Origin: Candidatus Iainarchaeum sp.
Lineage (GTDB): Archaea > Iainarchaeota > Iainarchaeia > Iainarchaeales > CSSED10-239
Direction: 5' to 3'
Assembly (NCBI GenBank): GCA_028700115.1
Contig: JAQVTI010000011.1
Location: 3,232-35,231 of the forward strand
DNA length: 32,000 nt
The notes under the pieces: generated by a model
Database searches by the model: none
The model's input: only the letters and a program-made list of their open reading frames with translations
What the model was told of the DNA's origin: nothing
Part shown: positions 8,271 through 18,298 of the stretch, in pieces
How positions within the stretch are numbered: position 1 is the stretch's first letter
Layout of the letters: each line of letters begins with the position of its first letter
Program-made: the position numbers and the translations under genes

Positions 8271-9221
8271 CTATTTTATAGAAGAAAATAAATAACCAAA
8301 TGCAAAAGAAGCAGCTTGAGTTGCTCTTAAAGGTTCAGAAGAATTACCTATTTTTACTATTTTAGAACAAAAATCCATTGTTTCTTTTTGAAGACCTTTT
8401 TTTTCATTTCCATAAACAAAAAGTGTTTTTTTATAAGTTAGACTTTTAAGTTCAGGTAATGTATTCTTACCCCACATACTAAATCCTATAATTTCATCAT
8501 AATTTTTTTTAATATCTGAAATATGACTTATAACTTTAACATTTGCTTTATGAAAACTGTTTTCTTTTAAGAAATTATTTATTGCTAGTTTAGAAAATTT
8601 ATTTTTTAAAGTAACTAAATATACTATATTTCTAAAAGTTTTAGACATTCTAACAAAATCAGAAATTTCTCCTAATGTAAAAGGACATTCTAAAATTAGA
8701 TCTGGGTATTTAAAATTATTAGTTGAAGTATTATTTTTATTTTCTGAAATATTTTTATTTTCTGAAATATTATTTTTTAAAGTATTATTTTTATTTTCTA
8801 AATTATTATTTTCTATAGTTTCGTTTATATAATATCCAATTCTAACTTCTATTTTAGAATCATTATTTCTTGCTTCTAGATATATTTTTTCCCCATTTTT
8901 ATCAAATTTATTTTTTTTAAGAAATCTTTCTTGTATACCTCTTGCATGAAAAGGAACATCGTGATTTATTTTTGATTTTATTTCTTTTATTTTATGTTTT
9001 TCTAATCTATCTACTATTTCAGAAATTGTTTTTGCAAAAAATTCTTCTTTAATATTTATAATACTTGATATATAATGTTTATTTTTAATAGGTTTATCTA
9101 AAATAAATCTTCTATATGACCAAGAATCATTTTTTATATTATAGTTTTTAGATTTTAATTCTTTAAAAATATCTTTTTTTTCTCTATAAGATACAAATCT
9201 TGATAAATTTATTAAATACAT
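8271..9221 (-). CDS. SPOUT-superfamily RNA methyltransferase-like protein
   Basis: C-terminal LFVYGNEKKGLQKETMDFCSKIVKIGNSSEPLRATQAASFAFGYL resembles SpoU/TrmH-type SAM-binding knot motifs. Confidence 0.65.
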   Translation of the reverse strand: MYLINLSRFVSYREKKDIFKELKSKNYNIKNDSWSYRRFILDKPIKNKHYISSIINIKEEFFAKTISEIVDRLEKHKIKEIKSKINHDVPFHARGIQERFLKKNKFDKNGEKIYLEARNNDSKIEVRIGYYINETIENNNLENKNNTLKNNISENKNISENKNNTSTNNFKYPDLILECPFTLGEISDFVRMSKTFRNIVYLVTLKNKFSKLAINNFLKENSFHKANVKVISHISDIKKNYDEIIGFSMWGKNTLPELKSLTYKKTLFVYGNEKKGLQKETMDFCSKIVKIGNSSEPLRATQAASFAFGYLFSSIK

Positions 9222-9235
9222 TTTTTAATCATCTT

Positions 9236-9267
9236 CGTTCACATTATTTTTCGTTCACATTATTTTT
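9236..9267. repeat. Perfect 16-bp tandem direct repeat, 2 copies
   Basis: CGTTCACATTATTTTT at 9236-9251 and 9252-9267. Confidence 0.9.
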
Positions 9268-9308
9268 TAAGAAAATAACTATTATTATAATTTATTTTAT
9301 ATAAAAAA

Positions 9309-9467
9309 TTATTTCATTCTTTGCTTTTCAAAAAAATCTGATTTTTCATACATTGCTTTAAAATTTTTTCTTTTTTCAATTTTTTCTTTAATTTTTTCTT
9401 CACATTTTTTACAATAGATTCTAGTTCCATCTATTATTTTACCACATTCTATACATTTATGTACCAT
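9309..9467 (-). CDS. Small zinc-ribbon protein, 52 aa
   Basis: MVHKCIECGKIIDGTRIYCKKCEEKIKEKIEKRKNFKAMYEKSDFFEKQRMK*, two CxxC pairs, AGGAG upstream, directly downstream of lysS. Confidence 0.65.
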   Translation of the reverse strand: MVHKCIECGKIIDGTRIYCKKCEEKIKEKIEKRKNFKAMYEKSDFFEKQRMK

Positions 9468-9469
9468 TT

Positions 9470-10945
9470 TTAATTCTCCTTTTCATTATCTCTTAATTGA
9501 GGGAAAAATATAACATCTCTTATATTTTGAGATTTTGTTAAAAGTATTATTAATCTATCAATACCCATACCTATACCAAAAGCAGGTGGCATCCCATATT
9601 TTAAAGTATCTATAAAATCTGTATCAATTGGATGGTTTTCTCCTTTTCCTTTTCCTTGATCTTTTTGTTCAATCATTAATTGTTCTTGCATAAAAGGATC
9701 ATTTAATTCACTATATATATTTGCAAGTTCCATTCCATTTATATATGGTTCATCTCTTTCTATTAAATTTTTATCTATTCTATGTATTTTACATAAAGGT
9801 GTTGTTTCTTTTGGGTGATCTATAATATGAATTGGACCTAAAAGTTTATTTTCACAATAATTTTCAAAAATTTCTGAAATTGCAAGACCTCTTTTATATT
9901 CTTCCATTTCAATTTTATTTTCTTTTAAAATTATTTTAATTTCATTATCATCTAAAGAATCAATATCAATATTTGCAAATTCTTTAATTGCATCTTTCAT
10001 TTTCATTTTTTTCCAAGGTCTTTTAAAATCTAAAATTTTTCCATTATATTCAATTTTTGTAGAACCTAAAACATTAATTGTAATTTTTTCAATCATTTCT
10101 TCTAAAATTTCCATTGCCTCATTATAATCTGAATAAGCTTGATACATTTCAAGCATAGTAAATTCTGGATTATGAGATTTATCTACACCTTCATTTCTAA
10201 AATTTTTACAAATAGTATATACTTTTTCAAAACCACTAACTAAAAGTCTTTTAAGATAAAGTTCTGGAGAAATAGATAAATATAATTTTTTTTTCCAAAC
10301 AAAACTTTCAGTTGTAAAAGGTCTTGCATTTGCCCCACCATAAAGAGGTTGTAAAAGTGGAGTTTCTACTTCTATAAATCCTTTTTGATCTAGAAAATGT
10401 CTAATTTCAGAAATTATTTTAGATCTTATAATAAATATATCTCTTGATTCTTTATTTATCATTAAATCTAAATGTCTTTTTCTATATTTTACTTCAGAAT
10501 CAATTAATCCTTTCCATTTATCTGGGAGAGGATAAAAACATTTTGATAAAAAAATTAATTTTTTTGACTGAATAGAAATTTCCCCTCTTTTTGTTTTAAA
10601 AATTTCCCCCAAAATTCCAATAAAATCTCCTGTATCTAAATTTTTTAAAATTATTTTTTCATTTTCAGTAATTTCATCAGTTTTTATTACTATTTGTATT
10701 TTTCCATAAGTATCATGTAAATCTAAAAAAACAATTTTACCTAAGTTTCTAATTAATAATATTCTACCAGAAATATTAGCTTCTTTTCCAGTAAAAGAAT
10801 TTTCTTCAATATTTTTATATTTTTCTATAATTTCTGATGTTTTATAATTTTTTTTAAAAGAAAAAGGATATACTTCTATTCCTGCATTTTTTATATTTTC
10901 AAAATGTGTTTTTCTACTTTCTTCAAATTCATCTATTCTTGCCAT
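9470..10945 (-). CDS. lysS: Lysyl-tRNA synthetase, class II
   Basis: Anticodon-binding OB fold (GRILLIRNLGKIVFLDLHD), motif 2 KNFRNEGVDKSHNPEFTMLE, motif 3 GIGMGIDRLIILLT. Start moved to ATG 10945 from GTG 10954. Confidence 0.93.
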   Translation of the reverse strand: MARIDEFEESRKTHFENIKNAGIEVYPFSFKKNYKTSEIIEKYKNIEENSFTGKEANISGRILLIRNLGKIVFLDLHDTYGKIQIVIKTDEITENEKIILKNLDTGDFIGILGEIFKTKRGEISIQSKKLIFLSKCFYPLPDKWKGLIDSEVKYRKRHLDLMINKESRDIFIIRSKIISEIRHFLDQKGFIEVETPLLQPLYGGANARPFTTESFVWKKKLYLSISPELYLKRLLVSGFEKVYTICKNFRNEGVDKSHNPEFTMLEMYQAYSDYNEAMEILEEMIEKITINVLGSTKIEYNGKILDFKRPWKKMKMKDAIKEFANIDIDSLDDNEIKIILKENKIEMEEYKRGLAISEIFENYCENKLLGPIHIIDHPKETTPLCKIHRIDKNLIERDEPYINGMELANIYSELNDPFMQEQLMIEQKDQGKGKGENHPIDTDFIDTLKYGMPPAFGIGMGIDRLIILLTKSQNIRDVIFFPQLRDNEKEN

Positions 10946-11073
10946 TTTTATCACATATATATTTAATATCTTATTATTTATAATTTTTTAGAAAATAACT
11001 TTTTATAATATATAATATATATAGATAATACTTATAAATATATTTTTTATTTTAAAAAAAATATAAAAAAATC

Positions 11074-14000
11074 CTATTTTTTAAAATAAGATTCTTTTTT
11101 TTGTATAATATAAAAAGCACCAATAATTATAAATATATATAAAATTAACATCAAATTAGATTGTGGGCTTAAAGGTATATTAAAACCACTTGATTCACTT
11201 CCTGAATTTCCCCCTATATTTATATTCATAGGGTTTTGAGAAGTTGTACCTACAACTTTTCCATCTTCTCCTACTTGAAACATCATTCCGTCTTTAAAAT
11301 CTGGATTAAATGGAATTAAATGTCCATTTTCTGTATACCAATTACCTGTGCTTGGATCATACCAAAAAGAACCATTTTTTCCTTGAGCAGAAAGTAAAGT
11401 TTCAAGTTCATCATTATATTGTAATCTTGGAACACCATCTTCTGCACTAAATTCAAAATTATGCTCTTTTCCATCTGCAGTTTTTATTATCATTCCATCT
11501 GGTGTTTCAATAATTTCATCAATTGCCTGATCAGTAATTATTTGTCCGGTTTCTTTATCAATTATTTTCATCCTTTTTTCACATTCAGGAGGATCTCCTG
11601 TATAAAAAATAAATGTCTTTGTAGCTGTGTCGAAAATCTGGAAAGGACCAACATGTTCTAGTGCATCATTCATTTCATCAGCTTTATTTTGAGCATCTGC
11701 ACTATCTTTTTTACCTTTTACATCAAAATCTAATGCAAATTCTTCACAACCAGTTACCTCATTGTTATAATTTACAACTTTTGTATCTAAATCTTCAATT
11801 TCAGATTGATGCATTGTATAAGTTTGTTCAACCCATAAAATATAACTATTTGTTTCTCCATTATATATCATTTGTCCTCTTTCAAATTGAATAGCTATGT
11901 TTTGACCAACTCTTACATCTTGGTTATCAATTGGATACATTTTTGTAAATCTTTCTCCACCATAAACAGTAACTTTTGCAGCATTTCCTTTTGCTGATCT
12001 TCTAGGAACTCCTTCTGCTACAATCTCTATATTATTTTCAGATGTTTTTGGCATTATATCATATTGTGTAGTTGGGTTTGTGATATTTGTTGTTGTTAAA
12101 ATTTTTGCAGAACCAAGATAATCTGTTAAAGAATTTCCTTGCATTGTAAGTCCTGTTTGTGATTCATAGTTTAGTTTAAAACAATCTAAAAATCCAACGT
12201 TTTCAATAGTTATATTTCCATAAGCATCCATTGTAAACAAAGGAACATTTGTGTCTGGAACTGGTATATAACTTAGACTATGAGGAATTACTTTTGCAGG
12301 AATTCCTAAGTTAGTTGCAGTAAGTCTTACCCAGTCTTTGTGTTCTGAATCAATTATATTTTTAATAGTTCCATCTTCTGTTACAATTTCTATTTTTCCT
12401 TCATCTTTATCAATAACTAAAGTTTCATTTGTAGATGTATCTGTTAGATGTTCTACACCTTTGTCATTATATGCACTTGCTCTACAAGTTGATTTTTCTC
12501 CAAGTTCAAAAAAATAAAGCATTCCTTTAACAGAAGCTGAAGTGTTTCCTATAGTTTCAAATCTAGATTGAACAATTGGGTTGTCTTTTATTTTTGTTTC
12601 TGCAAAATTTTCAACTTCTTTTGCAGCTTCACTTAAATTTTCTTTTAAAGTAGTTCCATCTGCCATGTTTGAAATATTTTTTTGAATTGCAGAAGCTCCG
12701 TTTGAAATTGCATCTCCTATTTTATTTTTAGGATCTTTTTCTATTCTTTCTTCTTCATTTTTAGAAACAAAAACATGTGTATAATAACCTTCTTCATCAT
12801 CTACACAGTCTTGAACTTGTGGTGTGATTAATGTTTGAGGAATTAAATCTCCTAGAATAACTCCAAGAATCATTCTGTGGCTTGGAGCAGAAATTGCATA
12901 ATAAGCTAAATTACTTGTGATTGCAGAAACCATTCCTGCTCTGTAACTTTTTCCTGTCCATTTAGTTGTCCAACCAATAGGAACACCAATTAATTCAAGT
13001 TCATCTATTCTTTGGGAACATGTATCTCCATTATTTTTTGCATCAGTTAAAACTACTGTTTTATCATCAGTTTCTCCTGAGATTGATCCACCATAATCTG
13101 TATGATGAGAAAATGTAATTAAAGTTTTTCCTTCATCTTCTAGATTTTCTTCAGTTGTGTTTTCTAGTAAGTATGTAGGTACTGTAATTCCACCTGGAAT
13201 ACTATAAATTATTTGCATATCTTTAATAGGTTCTTGAGAAGAAACTTCTTCTATAGAAATATCTGTTTCTTCTAAATTTTCTTTTTGTGTTTCTAAGATC
13301 TTTTCTTTTAGAGCTGATTTTTCATAAGTTTGTTTTTCTAAAAGAGAAGAGTTTCCAAGTTTCACATAACAATTATCATTACATCCGTAGTTTTCTGCAT
13401 CTGTAAATAAAGCAACTTCATCAACTGTGCTTCTTCTAATATGTCCTTCTGTAATTTGTTTTATCCAATCATCTACTGAATTTGTGAATTTAGAATCTAC
13501 ACTTTCAATTCCAAGTTTAGTCAAAGAAACCAAATAAAATAACATACTATTAAAATATTTTGAAAATAAATCACCTTGATCAGAACCATCATTTACAAAG
13601 TAATCAATATATGCATCTTTGTAAATATCTCCATCTTCTCCGTGATTAATTAAAACTGATGTATATGTTTCTGGGATTTGATATGCACTATATTTACTTA
13701 GAGAATCTCCTATAAAAGGAAGAGATGCACCTGCTGTTTTCCATTCCCAATATGCCCAGTTTAGAGCATACGCATTTAGAGAATTTCCTAAAAGACTCAT
13801 TGCTTGGTTTGTATGTTTCCCATTAACTGGAGCTTTCATTTGTTGGTTTATCCAGTTTATTCCTTTTCCAGAAACCCAGCCTTTATTGTTCATTACATCC
13901 ATCATAGATGTATTTACTATACTTGCATCTTTAACCATTTTAGTTCCATCAGCAACATATGAATATGCAAGTTCAATTGGATCATATCCAAAATCTTTTG

Positions 14001-16065
14001 CATCTAATGGAGTTTCTTTTACTGGATACCATTTAAAATTTGCAAAACTTGGATCAACATCATCTAATTTAAAATCAGTTGCTTTTACTTGTTTCATTAT
14101 TCCAGATTTATCTTGATATCCTATATAAATATTAGGGTTATTTGTATATTTGGAAAGATCTATTCTTTCTAAATATTCTCCCTTTGCCATATTAATTTCT
14201 TCTCTATAAACTGGTATTTTTTGTATTTTTCTAGTAACTCCATCAGAAAAAGTTACATCTACAGTTTCAGTTTTAACTGTTTTTGCACCCATTTCATACA
14301 TACCTTTATCAGAATTATATTTAATTTCAAAAGCCTTATTTCCTCCACCAATATCTGTTATCTGTGAAGAGCTTGCTCCTGTTGTTGGTTGAACTTTGTT
14401 TGTCATAACAAGTTCTGTTTTTCCTGTAGTTGGATCTTTATAAAGTGTTTTTCTAGAAGTAATTATTGGATTTTCATTTAAAGGTTTATCCCATTTAACA
14501 GCACTTTCTGTTAAATCATCAATTCTATTTGTTAAGTTTCTAACTTCTGTTGTTTGTTTCATTATAATATCATAATCTGCACTTGAAAGATTTTTATAAA
14601 TATCTCCTGCTTTAGAGTTTGGGTCTTCAATAATTTCTACTAATTTTTTTACAGCAGTATCATAATCTTTATTTTTTATTAAAGACTCTTGTATTGCTTG
14701 AGTCATTTTTAAATTATCTTGATATTTTTGTGCACTTTCAAATAAAACTCTTCTTTGTTGTTTTGTAAGTTTATCAAATTTTCCACCTTTTGAAAATTCT
14801 TTTGCAATTGTGTCTATATTTTTCTTTGAACTTAAAGCATTTGTATATGCTTTATATTCATCATATATACCATATTGATCAACAACTTGTCTTATTTCTT
14901 TTTGAGTTGTTTTTAAATAACTTGTATAATTATCAATATTTTTTGAAGCATTTTTAAACTCAATTGATCTAGTTAAAGCCTTTAGAGGGTTGTCTCCTTC
15001 TGAAAGCATATTGTCAATAAATCCACCTTTTTTTGCATTTATCTTTTTAGAAATATCAAAACCTAATCTATTTTTAGAAAAATTTCCAATATCCCCAAAA
15101 ATCTTAGTTGCACCTTTCCATAAGAAAGGAGATGCTGAAGAAACAACTAAGTCTGCAGAGAAATATTGATTAAACATTTTATCAAATAAAGAATAAACAT
15201 TAATATAACAATTTTCACCTTGACAAGTAGTTTCCATACTTGCATTAAATGTTTGTGTTTTTATACTATTTTCAATTGCATTTTCTAAAAGAACTTGAGA
15301 TTTTTTCATTTCAAACTCAGTTGCATTTTCATCAAATTGAATACTTTTAATATATTCTAATTGTTCATATGACATTTCAGAAAATATACCCATATCTTCA
15401 CTAATTTCAAAATCTGCTTCTGGGTTTATTATATCTCCTGCTTCTTCTTTAATCTTATTAATACCTATCATATCAAGCATATCTTTTCCAACAGATACAA
15501 ATTCATCTTTAAAACCATTATTACCATTTTCTCTAAAAAGACCAACTTCTTCTAAATAACAAGGTTCATTTTCATCTCCACTACATCTTCCAACTCTTAG
15601 AGTGTTTTCTAAATTTATACCATATGAAAAAGGGCCATAACATGCTTGACCTAAAAGTGCAGGCACTTCTAGAGGGTTAATTTCTTGATTTGGCATTTCT
15701 TGTTGCAGCACAACATCATTTGCCTTTGTGTCTTTATTTGTAAGTAATAAATCATTTTCTTCTAAAGTATCTCTGTTTGTGTTTTCTTTTTGATCAGAAC
15801 CAACTAAGTCTACTTTAAATCCAGAAACTAAAAGTTCATCCCATAATCTTTCTACACTTTCAGAATCTAGTTCTTGAGTAAAACACCCAGATCCAAAATC
15901 ATCAATATTATTTATTTCTTCTAGATTAATAGAACAAGTTGAGTATAAAGTTTTATTTTCTTCTAATCTTGTTATATCTACATTAAATGCAAAAACTGAG
16001 TTTATAAACATTAAAAGAAAGAAAAAACTTATTAAATTAAAATATATTTTATTTTTATCAAGCAT
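11074..16065 (-). CDS. 1663-aa exported, membrane-anchored protein of unknown function
   Basis: Signal peptide-like N-terminus (ISFFFLLMFINSVFAFNV), C-terminal TM plus basic tail (LMLILYIFIIIGAFYIIQKKESYFKK), very long continuous ORF with normal coding composition. Confidence 0.85.
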   Translation of the reverse strand: MLDKNKIYFNLISFFFLLMFINSVFAFNVDITRLEENKTLYSTCSINLEEINNIDDFGSGCFTQELDSESVERLWDELLVSGFKVDLVGSDQKENTNRDTLEENDLLLTNKDTKANDVVLQQEMPNQEINPLEVPALLGQACYGPFSYGINLENTLRVGRCSGDENEPCYLEEVGLFRENGNNGFKDEFVSVGKDMLDMIGINKIKEEAGDIINPEADFEISEDMGIFSEMSYEQLEYIKSIQFDENATEFEMKKSQVLLENAIENSIKTQTFNASMETTCQGENCYINVYSLFDKMFNQYFSADLVVSSASPFLWKGATKIFGDIGNFSKNRLGFDISKKINAKKGGFIDNMLSEGDNPLKALTRSIEFKNASKNIDNYTSYLKTTQKEIRQVVDQYGIYDEYKAYTNALSSKKNIDTIAKEFSKGGKFDKLTKQQRRVLFESAQKYQDNLKMTQAIQESLIKNKDYDTAVKKLVEIIEDPNSKAGDIYKNLSSADYDIIMKQTTEVRNLTNRIDDLTESAVKWDKPLNENPIITSRKTLYKDPTTGKTELVMTNKVQPTTGASSSQITDIGGGNKAFEIKYNSDKGMYEMGAKTVKTETVDVTFSDGVTRKIQKIPVYREEINMAKGEYLERIDLSKYTNNPNIYIGYQDKSGIMKQVKATDFKLDDVDPSFANFKWYPVKETPLDAKDFGYDPIELAYSYVADGTKMVKDASIVNTSMMDVMNNKGWVSGKGINWINQQMKAPVNGKHTNQAMSLLGNSLNAYALNWAYWEWKTAGASLPFIGDSLSKYSAYQIPETYTSVLINHGEDGDIYKDAYIDYFVNDGSDQGDLFSKYFNSMLFYLVSLTKLGIESVDSKFTNSVDDWIKQITEGHIRRSTVDEVALFTDAENYGCNDNCYVKLGNSSLLEKQTYEKSALKEKILETQKENLEETDISIEEVSSQEPIKDMQIIYSIPGGITVPTYLLENTTEENLEDEGKTLITFSHHTDYGGSISGETDDKTVVLTDAKNNGDTCSQRIDELELIGVPIGWTTKWTGKSYRAGMVSAITSNLAYYAISAPSHRMILGVILGDLIPQTLITPQVQDCVDDEEGYYTHVFVSKNEEERIEKDPKNKIGDAISNGASAIQKNISNMADGTTLKENLSEAAKEVENFAETKIKDNPIVQSRFETIGNTSASVKGMLYFFELGEKSTCRASAYNDKGVEHLTDTSTNETLVIDKDEGKIEIVTEDGTIKNIIDSEHKDWVRLTATNLGIPAKVIPHSLSYIPVPDTNVPLFTMDAYGNITIENVGFLDCFKLNYESQTGLTMQGNSLTDYLGSAKILTTTNITNPTTQYDIMPKTSENNIEIVAEGVPRRSAKGNAAKVTVYGGERFTKMYPIDNQDVRVGQNIAIQFERGQMIYNGETNSYILWVEQTYTMHQSEIEDLDTKVVNYNNEVTGCEEFALDFDVKGKKDSADAQNKADEMNDALEHVGPFQIFDTATKTFIFYTGDPPECEKRMKIIDKETGQIITDQAIDEIIETPDGMIIKTADGKEHNFEFSAEDGVPRLQYNDELETLLSAQGKNGSFWYDPSTGNWYTENGHLIPFNPDFKDGMMFQVGEDGKVVGTTSQNPMNINIGGNSGSESSGFNIPLSPQSNLMLILYIFIIIGAFYIIQKKESYFKK

Positions 16066-16085
16066 ATTTATTACCTATTTAATTT

Positions 16086-16577
16086 TCATACAAAAATTAT
16101 AAACAATATCATAGCGATTAATTTTGGAAAAATTATATTTATTATAATTAATATTAGACAAGCAATTGAAGTTGAAAATAATAATGGTAAAAAATTAATT
16201 TCTTTTTTAGACTTATTAAACTTATCATAAAATAAACTTATAATAAATGCAAATACTAGTAAAATACCTGCAATTAATATATTTGTTATAATTAATCTAA
16301 ACAAATGTAATATTATAAAAAACAAACCTTCAAAGAAAGTATATTGAAAATCAATTGAAATTGTTGGAATAAAATAAATTCCTAGAATTATTACTAATGA
16401 AACTAAATAAATAGTTACAAACATAGAAATTAAAAAACTTTTTTTCTTATTTATTTTTTTAAATAAAAATTTAAATAAGTATACAAAAAGAATTATTGGT
16501 AAAGAAATTAATACACTAACTCCATATAGTTTTATAAAAAACCAAATATAATTAAATATTGTAGAAAGTATATTCAT
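16086..16577 (-). CDS. Small polytopic membrane protein, unknown function
   Basis: 163 aa with about four hydrophobic segments, 20 bp upstream of the 1663-aa gene on the same strand. Confidence 0.65.
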   Translation of the reverse strand: MNILSTIFNYIWFFIKLYGVSVLISLPIILFVYLFKFLFKKINKKKSFLISMFVTIYLVSLVIILGIYFIPTISIDFQYTFFEGLFFIILHLFRLIITNILIAGILLVFAFIISLFYDKFNKSKKEINFLPLLFSTSIACLILIIINIIFPKLIAMILFIIFV

Positions 16578-16717
16578 AGTTTATCTTTTTAATTTATATT
16601 TTCTTAAATTTAAAATATATATTTTGTGTAAAATATATTTATATATATAAATTGAAACATTTATAAGCATTATTATCTAAATATATTTGTAATTTTTATT
16701 AAAATATATATATAGGT

Positions 16718-17470
16718 ATGGAATTTATGAATAAATCTGATATTATTAGAAGAGAGAGAAGACACTATAGAAGATATGTAAATGGAAATATAGTGTATGA
16801 ACCAGCTCCTGTTGATGGGCATAAAGAAAGTACTTATGATAATAAGTTTAAAAATAATTATAAAATGAAAAAAGAAGAAGGAAGAATTACAAGTCTTGCT
16901 GAATTAGCTGATGAAAATATAAAAACAAAGTTTCCTAAAAAAGATCAAGTTATTGAAAAAACTTTACATGAATTATCAGATATGATAAATCCTGATTCTT
17001 CAGAAATTGCAGATGCTTTATATAATCAATTTAAGAATACTGCATTAAATATTAAACAACAAGAAATAAAAAAAGCAATTGATAATAATAAACATTTTAG
17101 AGCAAGTAGTGATCAAAATAAAAATTTAGAAATAAAAGATATAAAAGCAGTTGTTGAAGATGTTTATGTTCAAGTTGAAAAAGAAGCAATCAAGAATAAG
17201 TCTATAGAAAAGGATAAAAGTGATGTAAAAGAAGCAATCACAAAAGAAATTTCTAAAGATAAAAATAAATCTTTTAAAAAAGAAGAACCAAAAGAAGAAA
17301 AAACTTCTATAAGATCTAGAAAAAAATCTATAGAAAAAGAAGAAGTTAAAGAAATTAAACCTTCTAAGAAAAAAGAAAAAGTTTCTGGAAATGATCTTTT
17401 TGGTGATAATGATTTAGATTTAGATGATAATGATTTAGATTCTGATGATGATTTAGGACTTAAATTTTAA
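16718..17470 (+). CDS. Highly charged, largely helical protein, unknown function
   Basis: 250 aa, Lys/Glu/Asp-rich, acidic C-terminus (GNDLFGDNDLDLDDNDLDSDDDLGLKF). Confidence 0.65.
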   Translation: MEFMNKSDIIRRERRHYRRYVNGNIVYEPAPVDGHKESTYDNKFKNNYKMKKEEGRITSLAELADENIKTKFPKKDQVIEKTLHELSDMINPDSSEIADALYNQFKNTALNIKQQEIKKAIDNNKHFRASSDQNKNLEIKDIKAVVEDVYVQVEKEAIKNKSIEKDKSDVKEAITKEISKDKNKSFKKEEPKEEKTSIRSRKKSIEKEEVKEIKPSKKKEKVSGNDLFGDNDLDLDDNDLDSDDDLGLKF

Positions 17471-17489
17471 TTTTATAAAAATTAAAAAA

Positions 17490-18275
17490 TTAATCATTAT
17501 AAATTTTACAATTTAATTTTTCTAATTCTTTTTGAGCTATGCTTTTATTAGCTGGCCAAATTGCAAAAGTTGAAGTTATTTCTAATTCAGTTTCATCTCT
17601 ACCTTCTTTTGCAGTAAAAGTTAAAGGAACAGAAGAAGCATGTATATCATTTGCTTTTGAAATAACTTCTCTTATATCATTATAATTTAAAGGATCGCAT
17701 AAATAATATTTTGAAAGACCCATATTTATATCATTTAATTTATAGGTTTTATTAGAATCATTTTCTGAGTTTTCAAAATCAGTTATTTTTAACATAATAT
17801 ATTCAAATTTTTGATCATTTGTATTATATAAATAAAAAGTAAAATCATAACTAGGAAGAGGCATCATAACTGATTTTATTGTGTGAAATAAATTATATTT
17901 TGCAATATCATCAGGATTTGACACATCTGGATTTGGAATATCTTCATCTATTGGATTAAACATATAATTTAAATCACCAGAACCTATATGTTTATCAGGA
18001 TAAAAATCTGTTTTTACTGCTGTCATTAGATAATCAATTTCTTCACTTTCAAATATGTTTTTATTATAATCTAAAGGAATTTCTGAATAAAATATAGTTT
18101 TTAAAGCAGAATTTGAATATTCTTTAAAATATAAATTATTTATTGCAAGATCTACTCTATCTCCATAGCTTGCTGAATATTTAAAAAGCATTACAGTTAG
18201 AACTATAATTATTGTTAAGAAAAATAAAGCATCTGTAATTGCAGCTTGTGCTTTTTGTCTTTTTAATTTATTCAT
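17490..18275 (-). CDS. Pilin-like exported protein
   Basis: MNKLKRQKA|QAAITDALFFLTIIIVLTVMLF: basic region, [AG]|Q site, hydrophobic helix (class III signal peptide). Confidence 0.65.
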   Translation of the reverse strand: MNKLKRQKAQAAITDALFFLTIIIVLTVMLFKYSASYGDRVDLAINNLYFKEYSNSALKTIFYSEIPLDYNKNIFESEEIDYLMTAVKTDFYPDKHIGSGDLNYMFNPIDEDIPNPDVSNPDDIAKYNLFHTIKSVMMPLPSYDFTFYLYNTNDQKFEYIMLKITDFENSENDSNKTYKLNDINMGLSKYYLCDPLNYNDIREVISKANDIHASSVPLTFTAKEGRDETELEITSTFAIWPANKSIAQKELEKLNCKIYND

Positions 18276-18298
18276 ATTTTTTCAAAATTTATTTTTAT

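Noticed and set aside
11461-11894. Two + strand ORFs (66 and 77 aa)
   Set aside because: Antisense inside the 1663-aa coding frame; Cys/His/Phe-rich composition is typical of reverse-frame artefacts.
13886-14116. 76-aa + strand ORF
   Set aside because: Antisense within the 1663-aa gene, no supporting features.
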